Shown: positions 8,844 to 19,791, numbered from the stretch's first letter. The stretch: 64,000 nucleotides of DNA from an uncultured Ignavibacteriales bacterium (GCA_903843135.1 CAIMOS010000126.1:17201-81200); one strand, 5' to 3'. Numbers and translations are program-made. The notes: generated from the letters alone by a model not told the origin.

Positions 8844-8981
8844 TATTTATTGAATTTAATGTGAATTATTAAGTTTTTGCTTCAATTTAGTGTCTGCCGG
8901 TTCTGTGTTATTAATTTAATCATCACTATATTACCATTAAATTACAAAAAAATTAAAGATTTTTAATAAAACATTATCTAT

Positions 8982-11054
8982 TTGGGTCCCTTTCAAATAA
9001 AAATCCGCATCAATATATTATTTGCGGCTCTCGCGTTTAGCTCGGCAGTTCAGCTCAAAGCGCAGAATAATTCCGACAGTCTTTTTCATATTCTCATTAC
9101 CGGGGACGGAAGCCGAATTACGAAGTTATTAACCTCATACCCTATTCAGTTAGTCAGTGTAAATCCGCTGAAAGTTATTGATCTTGCCGATTCTGCTCTC
9201 CGCTTCTCATCAAATATTAAGAACAAGGACGTTTATACAAAGCTTCTCCGGACGAAAGCTATAGCCCTTACAATGATTTCGGATTATGACTCCTCAAGGA
9301 AAATCCTGGATGAAGCAATGAAGATAAGAGAGGAGAGTGGACTGACTTCTGAATCAGGAAAATTTTACCTGAATTACGGGCATACAGAGGCCCTTTCGAG
9401 TCATTTTCATAAGGCGATTGAATATTATCAATCGGGAATGAAAGCAGCAGAGAAAGAAAACAATAAAGAAGATCTCGCTTACGGTTATACTAATTTGGCA
9501 ATTTTAAATTTTCTTATTAATGAGCCCGAAAAAGCAATGCGCTATAATGAGAAGGCGTTAAAGATCGTCCGGGAAAACAACTACACCTACCTGCTGGGAG
9601 ATGTATATCAGCACTACGTAATAATGTATATAGGCCTCGGAGATTTAAATACAGCAATGAAATATGCTGAAATGGCTGCTGAGGCGTATAAACTGACCGG
9701 CAATAAGATCGGCCTCGGCGGTATCTATGATAATACCGGCCTGATTTTGGGATTTTTGGGTAAGGACAATGAGTCAATAAATTACTTTAAGAAATCATTA
9801 GAGATCAGGGAAGAGATCTCTGATTTAAAAGGAGTGGCAAGTTCTTATATTAATATTGCATCGGCTTTGATAGACCTGAACCGGGTTGATGAGGGGCTGA
9901 AGTACCTGAATGATGCAAATGCGCTGATCGGAAAATATAATGATCAGAGGCAGCTGAGCCAGTCACTCAATAAACTTTCGATTGGTTATGAGAAGAAGGG
10001 CGACTATAAAAAAGCCCTCGAATACTATAAAAAGTTCAAAGCATCCTACGACAGTGTGTTCTCGGGTGAGAGTATCGGGCGTATACTGCGGGTTGAGGCT
10101 CAACACCTTAATGAACAAAAGCAGAAGGAAATCGAATCGCTCAGAGCTATGAAAGAAAAAGATGACCAGATCCGCCTCTTTCTTATCTTAGCCATTATCT
10201 TTGTCGGAGTAGCCGCGTTCGCCGCGGTTAATGCTTTTTTATTCAAGAGAAAAGCCCACCAGAATTTGGGAGAATTAAACCGGCAGCTTCTGAAAAAGAC
10301 GGAAGAACTCGAGCTGCTGAATGAAGAATTAAAGTCTCTCAACCAGGACAAGGATAAGTTTTTCAGCGTCATCGCGCACGATCTCAGGAGTCCCTTCTTC
10401 GCTCTTCTCGGGAACAGCGAACTTCTTGCGCACGACATCGATATTATGACCAGGGAACAGATATCCGAATTTTCTCATAACACTCTTGCGATGACCAGGA
10501 ATATTTATTCCCTGCTGGAAAATCTGCTTGCCTGGTCAACTTATAGCACGGGACGCATCAAGTTCAATCCGGCTGTGTTCGATGCCGCAGCCCAGATAAT
10601 GCAGATTATCGAAGTCAGCCGGGTAACCGCATCTCAGAAATCAATCAGAATTCAGTTCAATCCTGACGGTGAATACAGGGTAAATTCTGATAAGGAAATT
10701 ATTAATCTTGTGGTCAGGAATCTGGTTTCCAATTCGGTCAAGTTCACGCCTGCCGGCGGGAAAATTGATTTGCATATCTTCAGAAGTTCAGACAATACTG
10801 TTATTACGGTATCCGATACCGGAAGCGGTATCCCGGAAGAATCGCTTCTGAATATGTTCACCAATAAAATTAACTCAACAAGAGGAACGGAAAATGAAAA
10901 GGGTACGGGCCTCGGTTTGATGTTGTGCAAGGATATGGCTGACCTGATAGGGGGAAAAATATCTGCGGAAAATCTTCCCGGCGGAGGGGCCCGGTTTACT
11001 TTCGTTGTTCCTGACAGAGTATCACCCGGAAACCATAAGACAGTGTCCGGGTAA
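8982..11054 (+). CDS. TPR-repeat sensor histidine kinase (signal peptide, TPR ectodomain, one TM, HisKA, HATPase)
   Basis: 690 aa. TPR-like repeats span about aa 60-350 and the TM segment is LFLILAIIFVGVAAFAAVNAFLF. The H-box is FFSVIAHDLRSP, the N-box is VRNLVSNSVKF and the G-boxes are DTGSGI and GTGLGL. The start is TTG. Confidence 0.85.
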   Translation: MGPFQIKIRINILFAALAFSSAVQLKAQNNSDSLFHILITGDGSRITKLLTSYPIQLVSVNPLKVIDLADSALRFSSNIKNKDVYTKLLRTKAIALTMISDYDSSRKILDEAMKIREESGLTSESGKFYLNYGHTEALSSHFHKAIEYYQSGMKAAEKENNKEDLAYGYTNLAILNFLINEPEKAMRYNEKALKIVRENNYTYLLGDVYQHYVIMYIGLGDLNTAMKYAEMAAEAYKLTGNKIGLGGIYDNTGLILGFLGKDNESINYFKKSLEIREEISDLKGVASSYINIASALIDLNRVDEGLKYLNDANALIGKYNDQRQLSQSLNKLSIGYEKKGDYKKALEYYKKFKASYDSVFSGESIGRILRVEAQHLNEQKQKEIESLRAMKEKDDQIRLFLILAIIFVGVAAFAAVNAFLFKRKAHQNLGELNRQLLKKTEELELLNEELKSLNQDKDKFFSVIAHDLRSPFFALLGNSELLAHDIDIMTREQISEFSHNTLAMTRNIYSLLENLLAWSTYSTGRIKFNPAVFDAAAQIMQIIEVSRVTASQKSIRIQFNPDGEYRVNSDKEIINLVVRNLVSNSVKFTPAGGKIDLHIFRSSDNTVITVSDTGSGIPEESLLNMFTNKINSTRGTENEKGTGLGLMLCKDMADLIGGKISAENLPGGGARFTFVVPDRVSPGNHKTVSG

Positions 11055-11144
11055 GTTTCATTATTATGATTTTGCTTGCTGCGGTTTACCCGACATTGTA
11101 AATAAAAAAAATCTTTTCTTAATCAAAAATCCGGTCCTTAATTA

Positions 11145-12509
11145 ATGAATTCTAAACTCCTCTTACTGACAATTCTATCTCTACTGCTGAATTATCCGGG
11201 TTCCCCTCAGAATCTCAGAACAAAAATCGGGCAGATGGTGTGGACGGGCTTTACCGGTACACGTTTGCACGATACTATTAAAGCTGACCTTCGGAACCTC
11301 AATCTGGGAGGAGTAATTCTATTCGCCGGAAATATATCAAATCCTTCGCAGGTTAAACTTCTTAATGATACCATAAAAATGTTCGCTGCCACTCCTCCTT
11401 TTATTGCCGTTGACCAGGAAGGCGGCAGAGTAGCAAGGTTAAACAGAAACAATGGTTTCGATACTTCATATACAGCATATAAACTTGGCACGGTATTTAA
11501 CAGGGAAGACTCTACAAGGAAAATGGCTGAGAAAATGGCAGGCTGGCTCCATCAGTCAGGATTCAACGTTGATCTTGCTCCTGTGGCTGACGTGAATGTG
11601 AACCCGCTAAGCCCAGCGATAGGTAAACTCGAGAGGAGTTACTCTGCGGTTCCGGAAAGTGTTTACTGCCACGCAAAATGGTTCTCAGATGAATTCCATA
11701 AGAAGAACATCGCTACTTCTTTAAAGCATTTCCCCGGACACGGAAGCGCGATGCAGGACTCGCATCTCGGATTTACCGATATCACCAATACCTGGACCCG
11801 GTCTGAACTGGTCCCTTATGAAATGCTGTTCGCGTCAGGTTACAATGATTTTGTTATGACGGCGCATATCTTCAATGCAAATCTCGATCCGGTCTACCCC
11901 GCAAGCCTTTCGCATAAAATCGCCTCCGGACTGCTGAGGGACACGCTCGGCTTTACGGGAGTAACAATAACCGACGCTATGGGTATGTCAGCTATAACTC
12001 TTAATTATACATTTGAAGACGCGGCTGAATTCGCAGTGAACGCGGGTAATGATATTTTATTATATACAGCCACGACAAGGAACGGAATATCCTTAACACG
12101 CAATCTGATTGATATCATTGCGCAGAGAGTTGAACAGGGGATAATCCCGCTCGCCAGGATTGATTCCGCCTATAACCGCATAATGAGAATGAAAATGAGG
12201 TACGGACTCATCACTTCCGCCGAAGAATTTGCCGGAAATGTTCTTCATGAAAATCGATTGTTCCAGAATTATCCGAATCCGTTCACGGAAAAAACGCAGA
12301 TGCGTTTTTATGTCGAAGATGATTCAGAAGTAAAAATTGAAGTGTACAACACACTTGGCGAGAGAGTCGCGATTGTTGCTGACGGGCGCTTCAGTAAGGG
12401 CGTCCACGAGATCAGTTTGTCCGCCGGACATCTGCCGCCGGGCGTCTATCTCTGCCGGATGGCAAGCGGGAAGGCCTCCGTGGTAAATAAAATGTTAATT
12501 CTGCGGTAA
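11145..12509 (+). CDS. Glycoside hydrolase family 3 (NagZ-like beta-N-acetylhexosaminidase) with T9SS C-terminal sorting domain
   Basis: GH3 motifs VDQEGGRV, KHFPGHG and ITDAMGM are present. The C-terminus is QNYPNPF...VYNTLGERV...GVYLCR. Confidence 0.85.
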   Translation: MNSKLLLLTILSLLLNYPGSPQNLRTKIGQMVWTGFTGTRLHDTIKADLRNLNLGGVILFAGNISNPSQVKLLNDTIKMFAATPPFIAVDQEGGRVARLNRNNGFDTSYTAYKLGTVFNREDSTRKMAEKMAGWLHQSGFNVDLAPVADVNVNPLSPAIGKLERSYSAVPESVYCHAKWFSDEFHKKNIATSLKHFPGHGSAMQDSHLGFTDITNTWTRSELVPYEMLFASGYNDFVMTAHIFNANLDPVYPASLSHKIASGLLRDTLGFTGVTITDAMGMSAITLNYTFEDAAEFAVNAGNDILLYTATTRNGISLTRNLIDIIAQRVEQGIIPLARIDSAYNRIMRMKMRYGLITSAEEFAGNVLHENRLFQNYPNPFTEKTQMRFYVEDDSEVKIEVYNTLGERVAIVADGRFSKGVHEISLSAGHLPPGVYLCRMASGKASVVNKMLILR

Positions 12510-12517
12510 TCGAATTA

Positions 12518-14425
12518 ATGAATTCTGAAACAACAGCTGTAATCCTCACCGCAAAAGAGCTTCGGGTTGAGTACGGAGATCAGGTCGTATTAGATAATGC
12601 TTCCCTCACGATCCACGAAGGCGACCGGATCGGCCTCTTAGGGAAGAACGGCGCCGGCAAGTCCACATTCCTGAAAATCATATCAGGAATTATGCAGCCG
12701 GATTCCGGCCTCGTCACCACAAAAAAAGATCTGAAGATTGCTTTCCTTTCTCAGGAATTCACACTCGATAATTCAAAAGATGTTTACTGCAACATTCTCG
12801 ACGGGGCTTCGGACCTGATTGCACTTATCGATGAGTACGAAAGCCTGCCGCACGATTCAAACCGTCGCCACATCATTGAAGACGTTATACTTCACAGGGG
12901 CGGCTGGGACCTGGAGAGGAACATTAACATTTTAATTAAGTCTGTCCACGCACCCGAACCGGAGCGTTTGGTGGCGACATTATCCGGCGGCGAGAAAAGA
13001 CGCACCGCTCTATGCCGGGCACTCATCTCACAGCCCGATTTACTGATACTTGACGAACCAACCAACCATCTGGACACTGAAGCCATTGAATGGATCGAAA
13101 ATTTTCTCGCGAACTACAGCGGGACCTGCATCTTTGTTACGCACGACAGGTATTTCCTTGACAGGATCGCGAACCGCATCGCCGAATTATCTGAAGGCAC
13201 TTTCTTTATTCACCAGGGGAACTACACCGATTACCTGATAAGCAAAACGGAAAGGCAGGCAACCAGAGAAAGCGAAGAAAGGCGCAGGCAGAATTTTTTA
13301 AGAAGAGAACTTGACTGGGTGATGCGCGGCCCGAAAGCGAGGCGGACAAAAGCGAAAAGCAGGCTGGATCAGTACAATGAAGTAGCAACGCAAAAAGCTC
13401 CCGAAAAAGAAGTTGATGTCGAACTGATCATTCCGCCGGCCGACCGGCTTGGGCAGAAAGTCCTTGACCTTGCTTCCGTCAGTATGCATTACGATGGTAA
13501 GCCGCTTTTTGAGGCTCTTAACCTCACATTCCTGCCGGGACAGAAAACAGGCGTTGTCGGGAAAAACGGAATTGGAAAAACCACTTTATTAAAAATCATA
13601 CTCGGGGAAGTGATGCCCACGCGCGGCAAAGTTGAAATGGGAGAGAATACAAAACTAAATTATGTCGACCAGGGACGCCTCCTTCTTGATGATGAGGACA
13701 CTGTAATTAAAGCAATCGGTGAAGGCAATGAAACCGTGCAGTTCGGTAAAGATAAAATACCGGTGTGGACCTACCTTCGCAGATTCCTGTTTACCGATGA
13801 CAGAATAAATACCAAGGTCGGTAAACTTTCCGGCGGAGAAAGAAGCAGGCTGACACTTGCGAAGATATTAAAAGCCGGCGGTAATTTCTTAATGCTTGAT
13901 GAGCCGACAAATGACCTGGATCTTCCTACTCTCAGAATTCTTGAAGAAGCGCTCCTGGCATTTGAGGGATGCGTTGTAGTTGTAAGTCACGACCGCTATT
14001 TCCTTAACCGTGTTTGTGACCGGATAATAGCTTTTGAGGGTGAAGGGAAACTGTATGTAAGCGAAGGTAATTATGATTATTACCTGGAAAAAAGATCTGA
14101 GAGCCTCCGGGAAATGAATGCGAAGGAGGCGAAAGAAAAGAAAGCTGATACGAGGGTAAAACCTGCTCCTAAAAAACTATCCTTTAAGGAGGCAAAAGAA
14201 CTTGAAGGAATGGAAACTGCAATACTTGAAGCTGAAGCCGGGGTCTCAGCAATCGAGGCTTTATTCGCTTCCTCTGATTTCTTTATTACACACGCAGCGC
14301 AGACTAAGGAATTAACCGCAAAACACGAAGCCGCCAGGGACAGGGTTAAAGAACTATACGACCGCTGGGAGGAACTCGAACAAAAGAAGAAGGAACTTGA
14401 ATCGGGCAGAAATAATTCTATATAG
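12518..14425 (+). CDS. ABC-F family ATPase (Uup-like: two ABC domains plus C-terminal coiled coil)
   Basis: 635 aa. It has two Walker A sites (GKNGAGKST, GKNGIGKTT) and two signature motifs (LSGGEKRR, LSGGERSR). There is no TM domain, and the tail is Lys/Glu-rich. Confidence 0.9.
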   Translation: MNSETTAVILTAKELRVEYGDQVVLDNASLTIHEGDRIGLLGKNGAGKSTFLKIISGIMQPDSGLVTTKKDLKIAFLSQEFTLDNSKDVYCNILDGASDLIALIDEYESLPHDSNRRHIIEDVILHRGGWDLERNINILIKSVHAPEPERLVATLSGGEKRRTALCRALISQPDLLILDEPTNHLDTEAIEWIENFLANYSGTCIFVTHDRYFLDRIANRIAELSEGTFFIHQGNYTDYLISKTERQATRESEERRRQNFLRRELDWVMRGPKARRTKAKSRLDQYNEVATQKAPEKEVDVELIIPPADRLGQKVLDLASVSMHYDGKPLFEALNLTFLPGQKTGVVGKNGIGKTTLLKIILGEVMPTRGKVEMGENTKLNYVDQGRLLLDDEDTVIKAIGEGNETVQFGKDKIPVWTYLRRFLFTDDRINTKVGKLSGGERSRLTLAKILKAGGNFLMLDEPTNDLDLPTLRILEEALLAFEGCVVVVSHDRYFLNRVCDRIIAFEGEGKLYVSEGNYDYYLEKRSESLREMNAKEAKEKKADTRVKPAPKKLSFKEAKELEGMETAILEAEAGVSAIEALFASSDFFITHAAQTKELTAKHEAARDRVKELYDRWEELEQKKKELESGRNNSI

Positions 14426-14684
14426 AAATATCCTCAGTCCGGTCTGCCCACGCTTTTTTGTCTTTCGTTCGTACCGATTCAATGATGTCCGCGAACTTAT
14501 CATCAATATGCCGCAGGAACCATTCATCAATCAGTGATTTCCTGAATCTCCATTCCTTCCCTATCTTCGCGGCAGGAATTTTTTTCTCCTGCACCCAGGA
14601 GTAAATTGTCTGAGGTTTTACTTTCAGGTATTGCGCCACTTCTTCGAGAGTCATAATATCGTGTATCATATTTTCTAAGATCAC
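14418..14684 (-). CDS. Excisionase/MerR-type helix-turn-helix DNA-binding protein
   Basis: MTLEEVAQYLKVKPQTIYSWVQEKKIPAAKIGKEWRF matches the HTH_17 pattern. The GTG start overlaps the upstream membrane gene stop (GTGA). The true start could instead be an internal ATG. Confidence 0.7.
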   Translation of the reverse strand: MILENMIHDIMTLEEVAQYLKVKPQTIYSWVQEKKIPAAKIGKEWRFRKSLIDEWFLRHIDDKFADIIESVRTKDKKAWADRTEDISI

Positions 14685-15439
14685 TTGTTCAGAAATAATG
14701 AATCCTGTTTAACAGGCTGAGGATAATAATAAGGTTTCCCCGTTTTCTTCTCACCTTCGACCAATTGATTGAAGGAATATATTATCGCTGAATAAAAATT
14801 GCCTTCATAATGCCTGAAGAGAGCAAACGGTTTTCCGTAGTCACCGGTAAACGGGCGCAGGTTCCACGCCAGTTGAATACCGACTAATCCCAGTATGACG
14901 ATCCAGAATTTTGCAACCTCAACTCCGGTTTTAGGATATACTCCCTTTCTTTCGCAGGAATACCTTAACGCATCAATTACGTTTTTCATACCGAAAATAC
15001 CCGAGAGTATAAATATCCCTATATGCAGAAGCTGAAGGAAATAATAGTCCCCGCCTGTCAGCAGGAAAAGAACGACAACCGGAATGAAGGAGACCATTAT
15101 GGAGGTTATCAGAACGAAGCCGCTCAAAATAATATTGATCATCTGACCAAGCCTTAGCCTGGAACCGAGAATAAACTGTATAATAAATAGAGCGGGCAGA
15201 CAGATTATAATACTCAGAGAAAATAATACGGGAACCTTTATTCCCGCGCTGAGCGCCTGCTCGGGGCTATGGTAACTACCCATCGCCAAACCGTAAGCGA
15301 ACGAAAAGGCCAGGACCAGCAAATAAAGATTAACGAATTTCACGGCCTCGTGCTCGTTATTTAACAATTGCTCGAAGTACTCGTCTCTGTTCTGAAGAGA
15401 AGGAAAATATCTGAAACAAAAAATTTCACTGACTTTCAT
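14681..15439 (-). CDS. Hypothetical polytopic membrane protein (about 6 TM)
   Basis: 252-aa ORF, strongly hydrophobic, and co-oriented and coupled with the HTH gene. No family assigned. Confidence 0.6.
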   Translation of the reverse strand: MKVSEIFCFRYFPSLQNRDEYFEQLLNNEHEAVKFVNLYLLVLAFSFAYGLAMGSYHSPEQALSAGIKVPVLFSLSIIICLPALFIIQFILGSRLRLGQMINIILSGFVLITSIMVSFIPVVVLFLLTGGDYYFLQLLHIGIFILSGIFGMKNVIDALRYSCERKGVYPKTGVEVAKFWIVILGLVGIQLAWNLRPFTGDYGKPFALFRHYEGNFYSAIIYSFNQLVEGEKKTGKPYYYPQPVKQDSLFLNK

Positions 15440-15789
15440 AAAACACCTCGATGATTAATGCTTAATATACTGAAATATTAGTATTTAGTCAAGTATAAGA
15501 TTGTTTTTATATGTTTTCTTATGTTTTTTTGGGGAGCGTCAAAACAATTATTGAAGATATTTGCAACATTTTTGGGTACAGATTGTTCTTAAGAAACGGT
15601 TTGACGGATTTTTGTTTTATGGCTAAAAGCTGAGTGGATCAGGTTCTGCGAACCCATACAATTTTTTTGTGGTTCAAGTTCACACAGAACAAGCTTTGTT
15701 CGTTTGAATTTCCACAAGGAAGATGTGCATTAAATATCTAAAAATTACCTATTTTGCATTTTTTGGAAACAAAACTTTAAGCGAGAAGG

Positions 15790-18114
15790 ATGTCACAGGA
15801 AGCAATCAATTTTAAGAAGTTCTTCAATACTCTCACTGATTTTTTATTCATCCTCGATATGCAGGGAAACATAATCGAGATGAATGACGCAGTAGTTAAT
15901 ATTCTTGGATATAGCAGGGAAGACCTTACCGGCCAGAGTATACTTACGGTCCATCCGGCAATCTTCAGGGAAAAAGCCAGGGAAATTGTTGGTGAGATGA
16001 TTGCCGGGCGGCAAAAGTTTTGCAGATTACCACTTATTTCAAAAACCAATGCGCATTTTCTGGTTGAAACAAAAGTTTATGAAACAGAGTGGAACTCGGA
16101 GAAAGCGCTAATAGGTATAAGCAGGAACCTTCTGGACATTCCGCTGACTGAAGGAATTTTTCAGGAAGTGTTCGACAGCAGTCCTGTGCTAACGGTAATC
16201 ACCGAACTTGACTCCGGAATGATAATTTATGTGAACAAACCTTTTGTCAACACTCTTGGATATTCTCAGTCGGAGGCTGTCGGGAAAAGGCTTGAAGATC
16301 TTCAGATCTTTCACGACTATTATCAGCGGCTTGAGATAAAAAGAAAAATCGAAAAGCACGAAAGTATTAAGAGCGACAATGTTGTCTTCCAGGCCAGATC
16401 GGGTGAATTGCTGCATTGTATGCTTACGGCGTCGAAAGTTGAGATCCAGTCCCACGCGTATCTTTTCACATTCCTTGAAAACATTACGGAAGTAAAAGTT
16501 GCCGAAGCCAAACTTCGCCACAATCTGAGGCAGCAGACCCTGCTTGCGGATATTTCAAAGTCCCTTCAAATGACGCAGAACCTTGGCCGCACTGTTAACC
16601 AGATCCTTAAACTGCTCGGCGAGCACACCGGCGTAAGCCGCGTATATATATTTGAAGACGATCCGACCGGGGCTTTGTGCAATAATACCTTTGAATGGTG
16701 CAACAGAGGAATTGAACCGCAGATTAATAACTTGCAGGGAGTGCCTTATGAAATCATACCATCGTGGAAACCGATGCTTGAGAAGGACGGCAGGATCTTT
16801 TCCACCAATATCTACGAACTTCCCGGTGATCTTGTCGAAATACTGGCGCCGCAGGCAATTAAATCAATCCTGATCTATCCGTTATATGTGAAGAAAAAAT
16901 TCTTCGGGTTCATCGGATTCGACGAGTGTACGGTTAATAAAGTCTGGGAACAGGATGAACTTGAACTTTTAAGGACCATCGCAAATTTCCTTTCGAACAC
17001 ATACGAACGCAACCTGTTCCAGGACCAGCTAGCCGAAAGCGAGGCACAGATCAAAATGGCAATTGAAAACACTCAGACAGGTTTATGGGACTGGAACATT
17101 GTTACAGGCGCAGGTTATTACAATGAGACCTGGTGCAGTATGCTTGGATATACCTCCGCGGAAATTGCGCCCCACGTAAGCTCCTGGGAAAAACTCGTAC
17201 ACCCCGATGATATGCCCCGGATACAGCAGGCTCTTCAAAAGCATATGAACGGCGAAACGGAAATTTATGAAAGCACTCACCGCCTGAAAACCAAGTCCGG
17301 AAATTGGAAATGGGTGATGGACAGAGGCAGGATTATCGAACGCGATGCGGCAGGCGCTCCGGTACGCGCTATCGGCACTCATACTGATGTTGACAGTCTT
17401 AAGAATATCGAGTCTGAATATCGTATCGCTAATGCCGCGAATAATAAATTTTTCTCAGTTATTGCCCGCGAACTCAGGGATCCTGTCGGCGCTTTGTCGA
17501 AACTATCGGAACTGGGACAGGGGAGTGGAAAATTGAATGAAAAAACTATTACTCAATTCCTCAATTCAATCAGCGAAATTTCAGGCTCGAAGCTGGCAAT
17601 GCTCGATAATCTTTTCACCTGGGCCGAATTAAAGAGCGAGCAGATAAGCCTTAATCCGCGGAACACAAATCTTAACCAGATAATAAGTGAAAGCCTGGAA
17701 TCTTTTAAATCCCGGGCTGCCGAAAAAGATATTACGGTTAACGCTGATCTTACCCACCAGTTTTCCGTTAAAGCAGATGTGAATACGGTCAAAACAGTTT
17801 TCAGGAACCTTCTTTCCAACGCGGTTAAATTCACCCATAAGAACGGTTCGGTTAATATTAAGATGTCTAACCTGAAAGAAGAAGTTAAGATCGAAATATC
17901 CGATACCGGAGTAAGCATTCCGAAAGATAAAATTGATATCATCTTCTCGCCCGATACCTATTACTCAACTCCCGGAACGGAAAACGAAACGGGAGAAGGG
18001 CTTGGGCTGAAGTTATGTAAAGACTTAATCTCTCTGAACGGCGGGAACTATTTTATAATCAGCGAAGCGGGTAAAGGCACCGTTTTCACTTTTACGCTCC
18101 CGCAAGCTGACTGA
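15790..18114 (+). CDS. Cytoplasmic PAS-PAS-GAF-PAS sensor histidine kinase
   Basis: 774 aa. PAS S-box-like segments and a GAF-like block (RVYIFEDD...FIGFDEC) are present. The H-box-like region is FFSVIARELRDP, the N-box is FRNLLSNAVKF and a GEGLGL motif follows. Confidence 0.85.
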   Translation: MSQEAINFKKFFNTLTDFLFILDMQGNIIEMNDAVVNILGYSREDLTGQSILTVHPAIFREKAREIVGEMIAGRQKFCRLPLISKTNAHFLVETKVYETEWNSEKALIGISRNLLDIPLTEGIFQEVFDSSPVLTVITELDSGMIIYVNKPFVNTLGYSQSEAVGKRLEDLQIFHDYYQRLEIKRKIEKHESIKSDNVVFQARSGELLHCMLTASKVEIQSHAYLFTFLENITEVKVAEAKLRHNLRQQTLLADISKSLQMTQNLGRTVNQILKLLGEHTGVSRVYIFEDDPTGALCNNTFEWCNRGIEPQINNLQGVPYEIIPSWKPMLEKDGRIFSTNIYELPGDLVEILAPQAIKSILIYPLYVKKKFFGFIGFDECTVNKVWEQDELELLRTIANFLSNTYERNLFQDQLAESEAQIKMAIENTQTGLWDWNIVTGAGYYNETWCSMLGYTSAEIAPHVSSWEKLVHPDDMPRIQQALQKHMNGETEIYESTHRLKTKSGNWKWVMDRGRIIERDAAGAPVRAIGTHTDVDSLKNIESEYRIANAANNKFFSVIARELRDPVGALSKLSELGQGSGKLNEKTITQFLNSISEISGSKLAMLDNLFTWAELKSEQISLNPRNTNLNQIISESLESFKSRAAEKDITVNADLTHQFSVKADVNTVKTVFRNLLSNAVKFTHKNGSVNIKMSNLKEEVKIEISDTGVSIPKDKIDIIFSPDTYYSTPGTENETGEGLGLKLCKDLISLNGGNYFIISEAGKGTVFTFTLPQAD

Positions 18115-18239
18115 CGGAGGCATTCTGAGGGGAATATTTCCCCTGGCCTAATGATGGCGTACTTTATTAAGCACGGCCTGTTAAATTGGCCGTTTTCCGG
18201 ATTTTATCATTTTAATTTTTTCATTGGAACTGAAAGATT

Positions 18240-19706
18240 ATGAAAACCATTCAACTGATTATTTGCATTTTATTTATGGCATCGGCTTATTCTTATACCC
18301 AAAACTTTGAAAAGTATTTCGAGGACGCAGTAATGCGTGTTGATTATCACCATACCGGCAACGCGAAAGAAGAAACGTTCAGCGTGGACCGTATCTACCG
18401 GTATAACAAATGGGGCAGAAGTTTTAAGAACCTGACCGATAATTTTAATAACGGTAAATACTATATAAAAGTTTATTCTCTGCCGGATAAAATCCTGCTC
18501 TATTCAAAAGGATTCGATTCTTATTTTGGCGAATACCAGACTTCTGACAAGGCATTGGAAGGGATAAAGAAAAGTTATCACGAGACGGCAGTAATTCCGT
18601 TTCCGAAGCAGAAGGTCCTTTTCACCATTGAGAAGCGCAACCGTAATTATAAGTTTGATTCTTTGTTTGAGGAAGTCATTGATCCTTCGGAAGTTAATAT
18701 TATTGCAGAGTCCCTGAATGATCCTTCCGTAGAAGTGATAAAATCTTTTTCCGGCGGGGACCCTTCGGTTAAAGTTGATGTTGTGATCCTCGCGGAAGGA
18801 TATACAGCGCAGGAGCGTGATAAGTTTGTCCGCGACCTTGATCGCTTCACCGGCTATTTTTTCGAGAATGAACCTTATAAAACACTGAAGCAGAGTTTTA
18901 ACATATACGGCGTATTCAAGCCATCTGTTGAAACCGGAACTGATGAACCGCCGGCCGGAATATTCCGCAACACTGTACTTAATTCCACTTTTAATTCGCT
19001 TGGTTCTGAAAGATATCTGCTCACCGAGGATAATAAAGCAGTCCGCGACCTTGCTGCATACGCCCCTTATGATGCAATCTATATTATGGTTAACCATAAA
19101 AAATACGGCGGCGGAGGAATCTATAATTTTTTCTGCACTTTTTCAGCTGACGCGCAGTTTTCAAAATATCTTTTCATTCACGAATTCGGCCACTCGTTTG
19201 CAGGGCTTGCGGATGAGTACTATACATCATCGACTGCGTATAACGAGTTCTATCCTCTTGGCGTTGAACCGAATGAACCAAATATTACCGCTTTGCCGGA
19301 TAAGAACAATCTGAAATGGAAAGAATCGCTTACACCGGGGATAGAACTTCCTACGCCCTGGGAAAAAGAAGAATTCGATAAAATGGATATTGCGTGGCAG
19401 AAGGACAGGGCGGAATTAAATACCAAAATCGCGCAGATGAAGCGTGAGAATGCCGATCCCGGATTGATAAAAGCAGCTGAAATTGAGTACGCGAAAAAGG
19501 ACAGGAAGAATGCTGAGGTAGTCGATCAGTATTTAAAAAGCAGTAAATATGCGGGAATGACCGGGGCATTTGAAGGCGCCGGATATATTTCGAAAGGAAT
19601 GTTCAGGCCTATGCTGGATTGTATAATGTTCTCAAAAGGTGATAAGCCGTTCTGCAAAGTATGCGGGGCCCACATCGCTAAAGTTATCAGGTTCTATACC
19701 GAGTGA
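18240..19706 (+). CDS. Secreted M64 (IgA-peptidase-like) zinc metallopeptidase
   Basis: It has a signal peptide and the HEFGHSFAGLADEY zinc motif in the context typical of Peptidase_M64 with its N-terminal domain. Confidence 0.8.
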   Translation: MKTIQLIICILFMASAYSYTQNFEKYFEDAVMRVDYHHTGNAKEETFSVDRIYRYNKWGRSFKNLTDNFNNGKYYIKVYSLPDKILLYSKGFDSYFGEYQTSDKALEGIKKSYHETAVIPFPKQKVLFTIEKRNRNYKFDSLFEEVIDPSEVNIIAESLNDPSVEVIKSFSGGDPSVKVDVVILAEGYTAQERDKFVRDLDRFTGYFFENEPYKTLKQSFNIYGVFKPSVETGTDEPPAGIFRNTVLNSTFNSLGSERYLLTEDNKAVRDLAAYAPYDAIYIMVNHKKYGGGGIYNFFCTFSADAQFSKYLFIHEFGHSFAGLADEYYTSSTAYNEFYPLGVEPNEPNITALPDKNNLKWKESLTPGIELPTPWEKEEFDKMDIAWQKDRAELNTKIAQMKRENADPGLIKAAEIEYAKKDRKNAEVVDQYLKSSKYAGMTGAFEGAGYISKGMFRPMLDCIMFSKGDKPFCKVCGAHIAKVIRFYTE

Positions 19707-19791
19707 TTCGTGAAATTTCTCTGATCATTGCCAGCCGGCAGATTTAATTTAGGTTCTTTCACTATTTTTTTTCATCAATACGGAATATTTT

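Noticed and set aside
18144-18158. TGGCCT-N5-TGGC sigma-54-like spacing upstream of the M64 peptidase gene.
   Set aside because: The -24 half is weak. The element overlaps the hairpin at 18128-18144, which more likely ends the upstream kinase transcript. It is not distinguishable from chance.
18504-19097. 197-aa minus-strand ORF. Similar cases are 3966..4481, 41631..42155, 36559..37046 and 45045..45509.
   Set aside because: Each is antisense to a confidently assigned gene (M64 peptidase, MsrA, LTD/YjiK genes, DASS permease, TPR kinase). None contains a motif.
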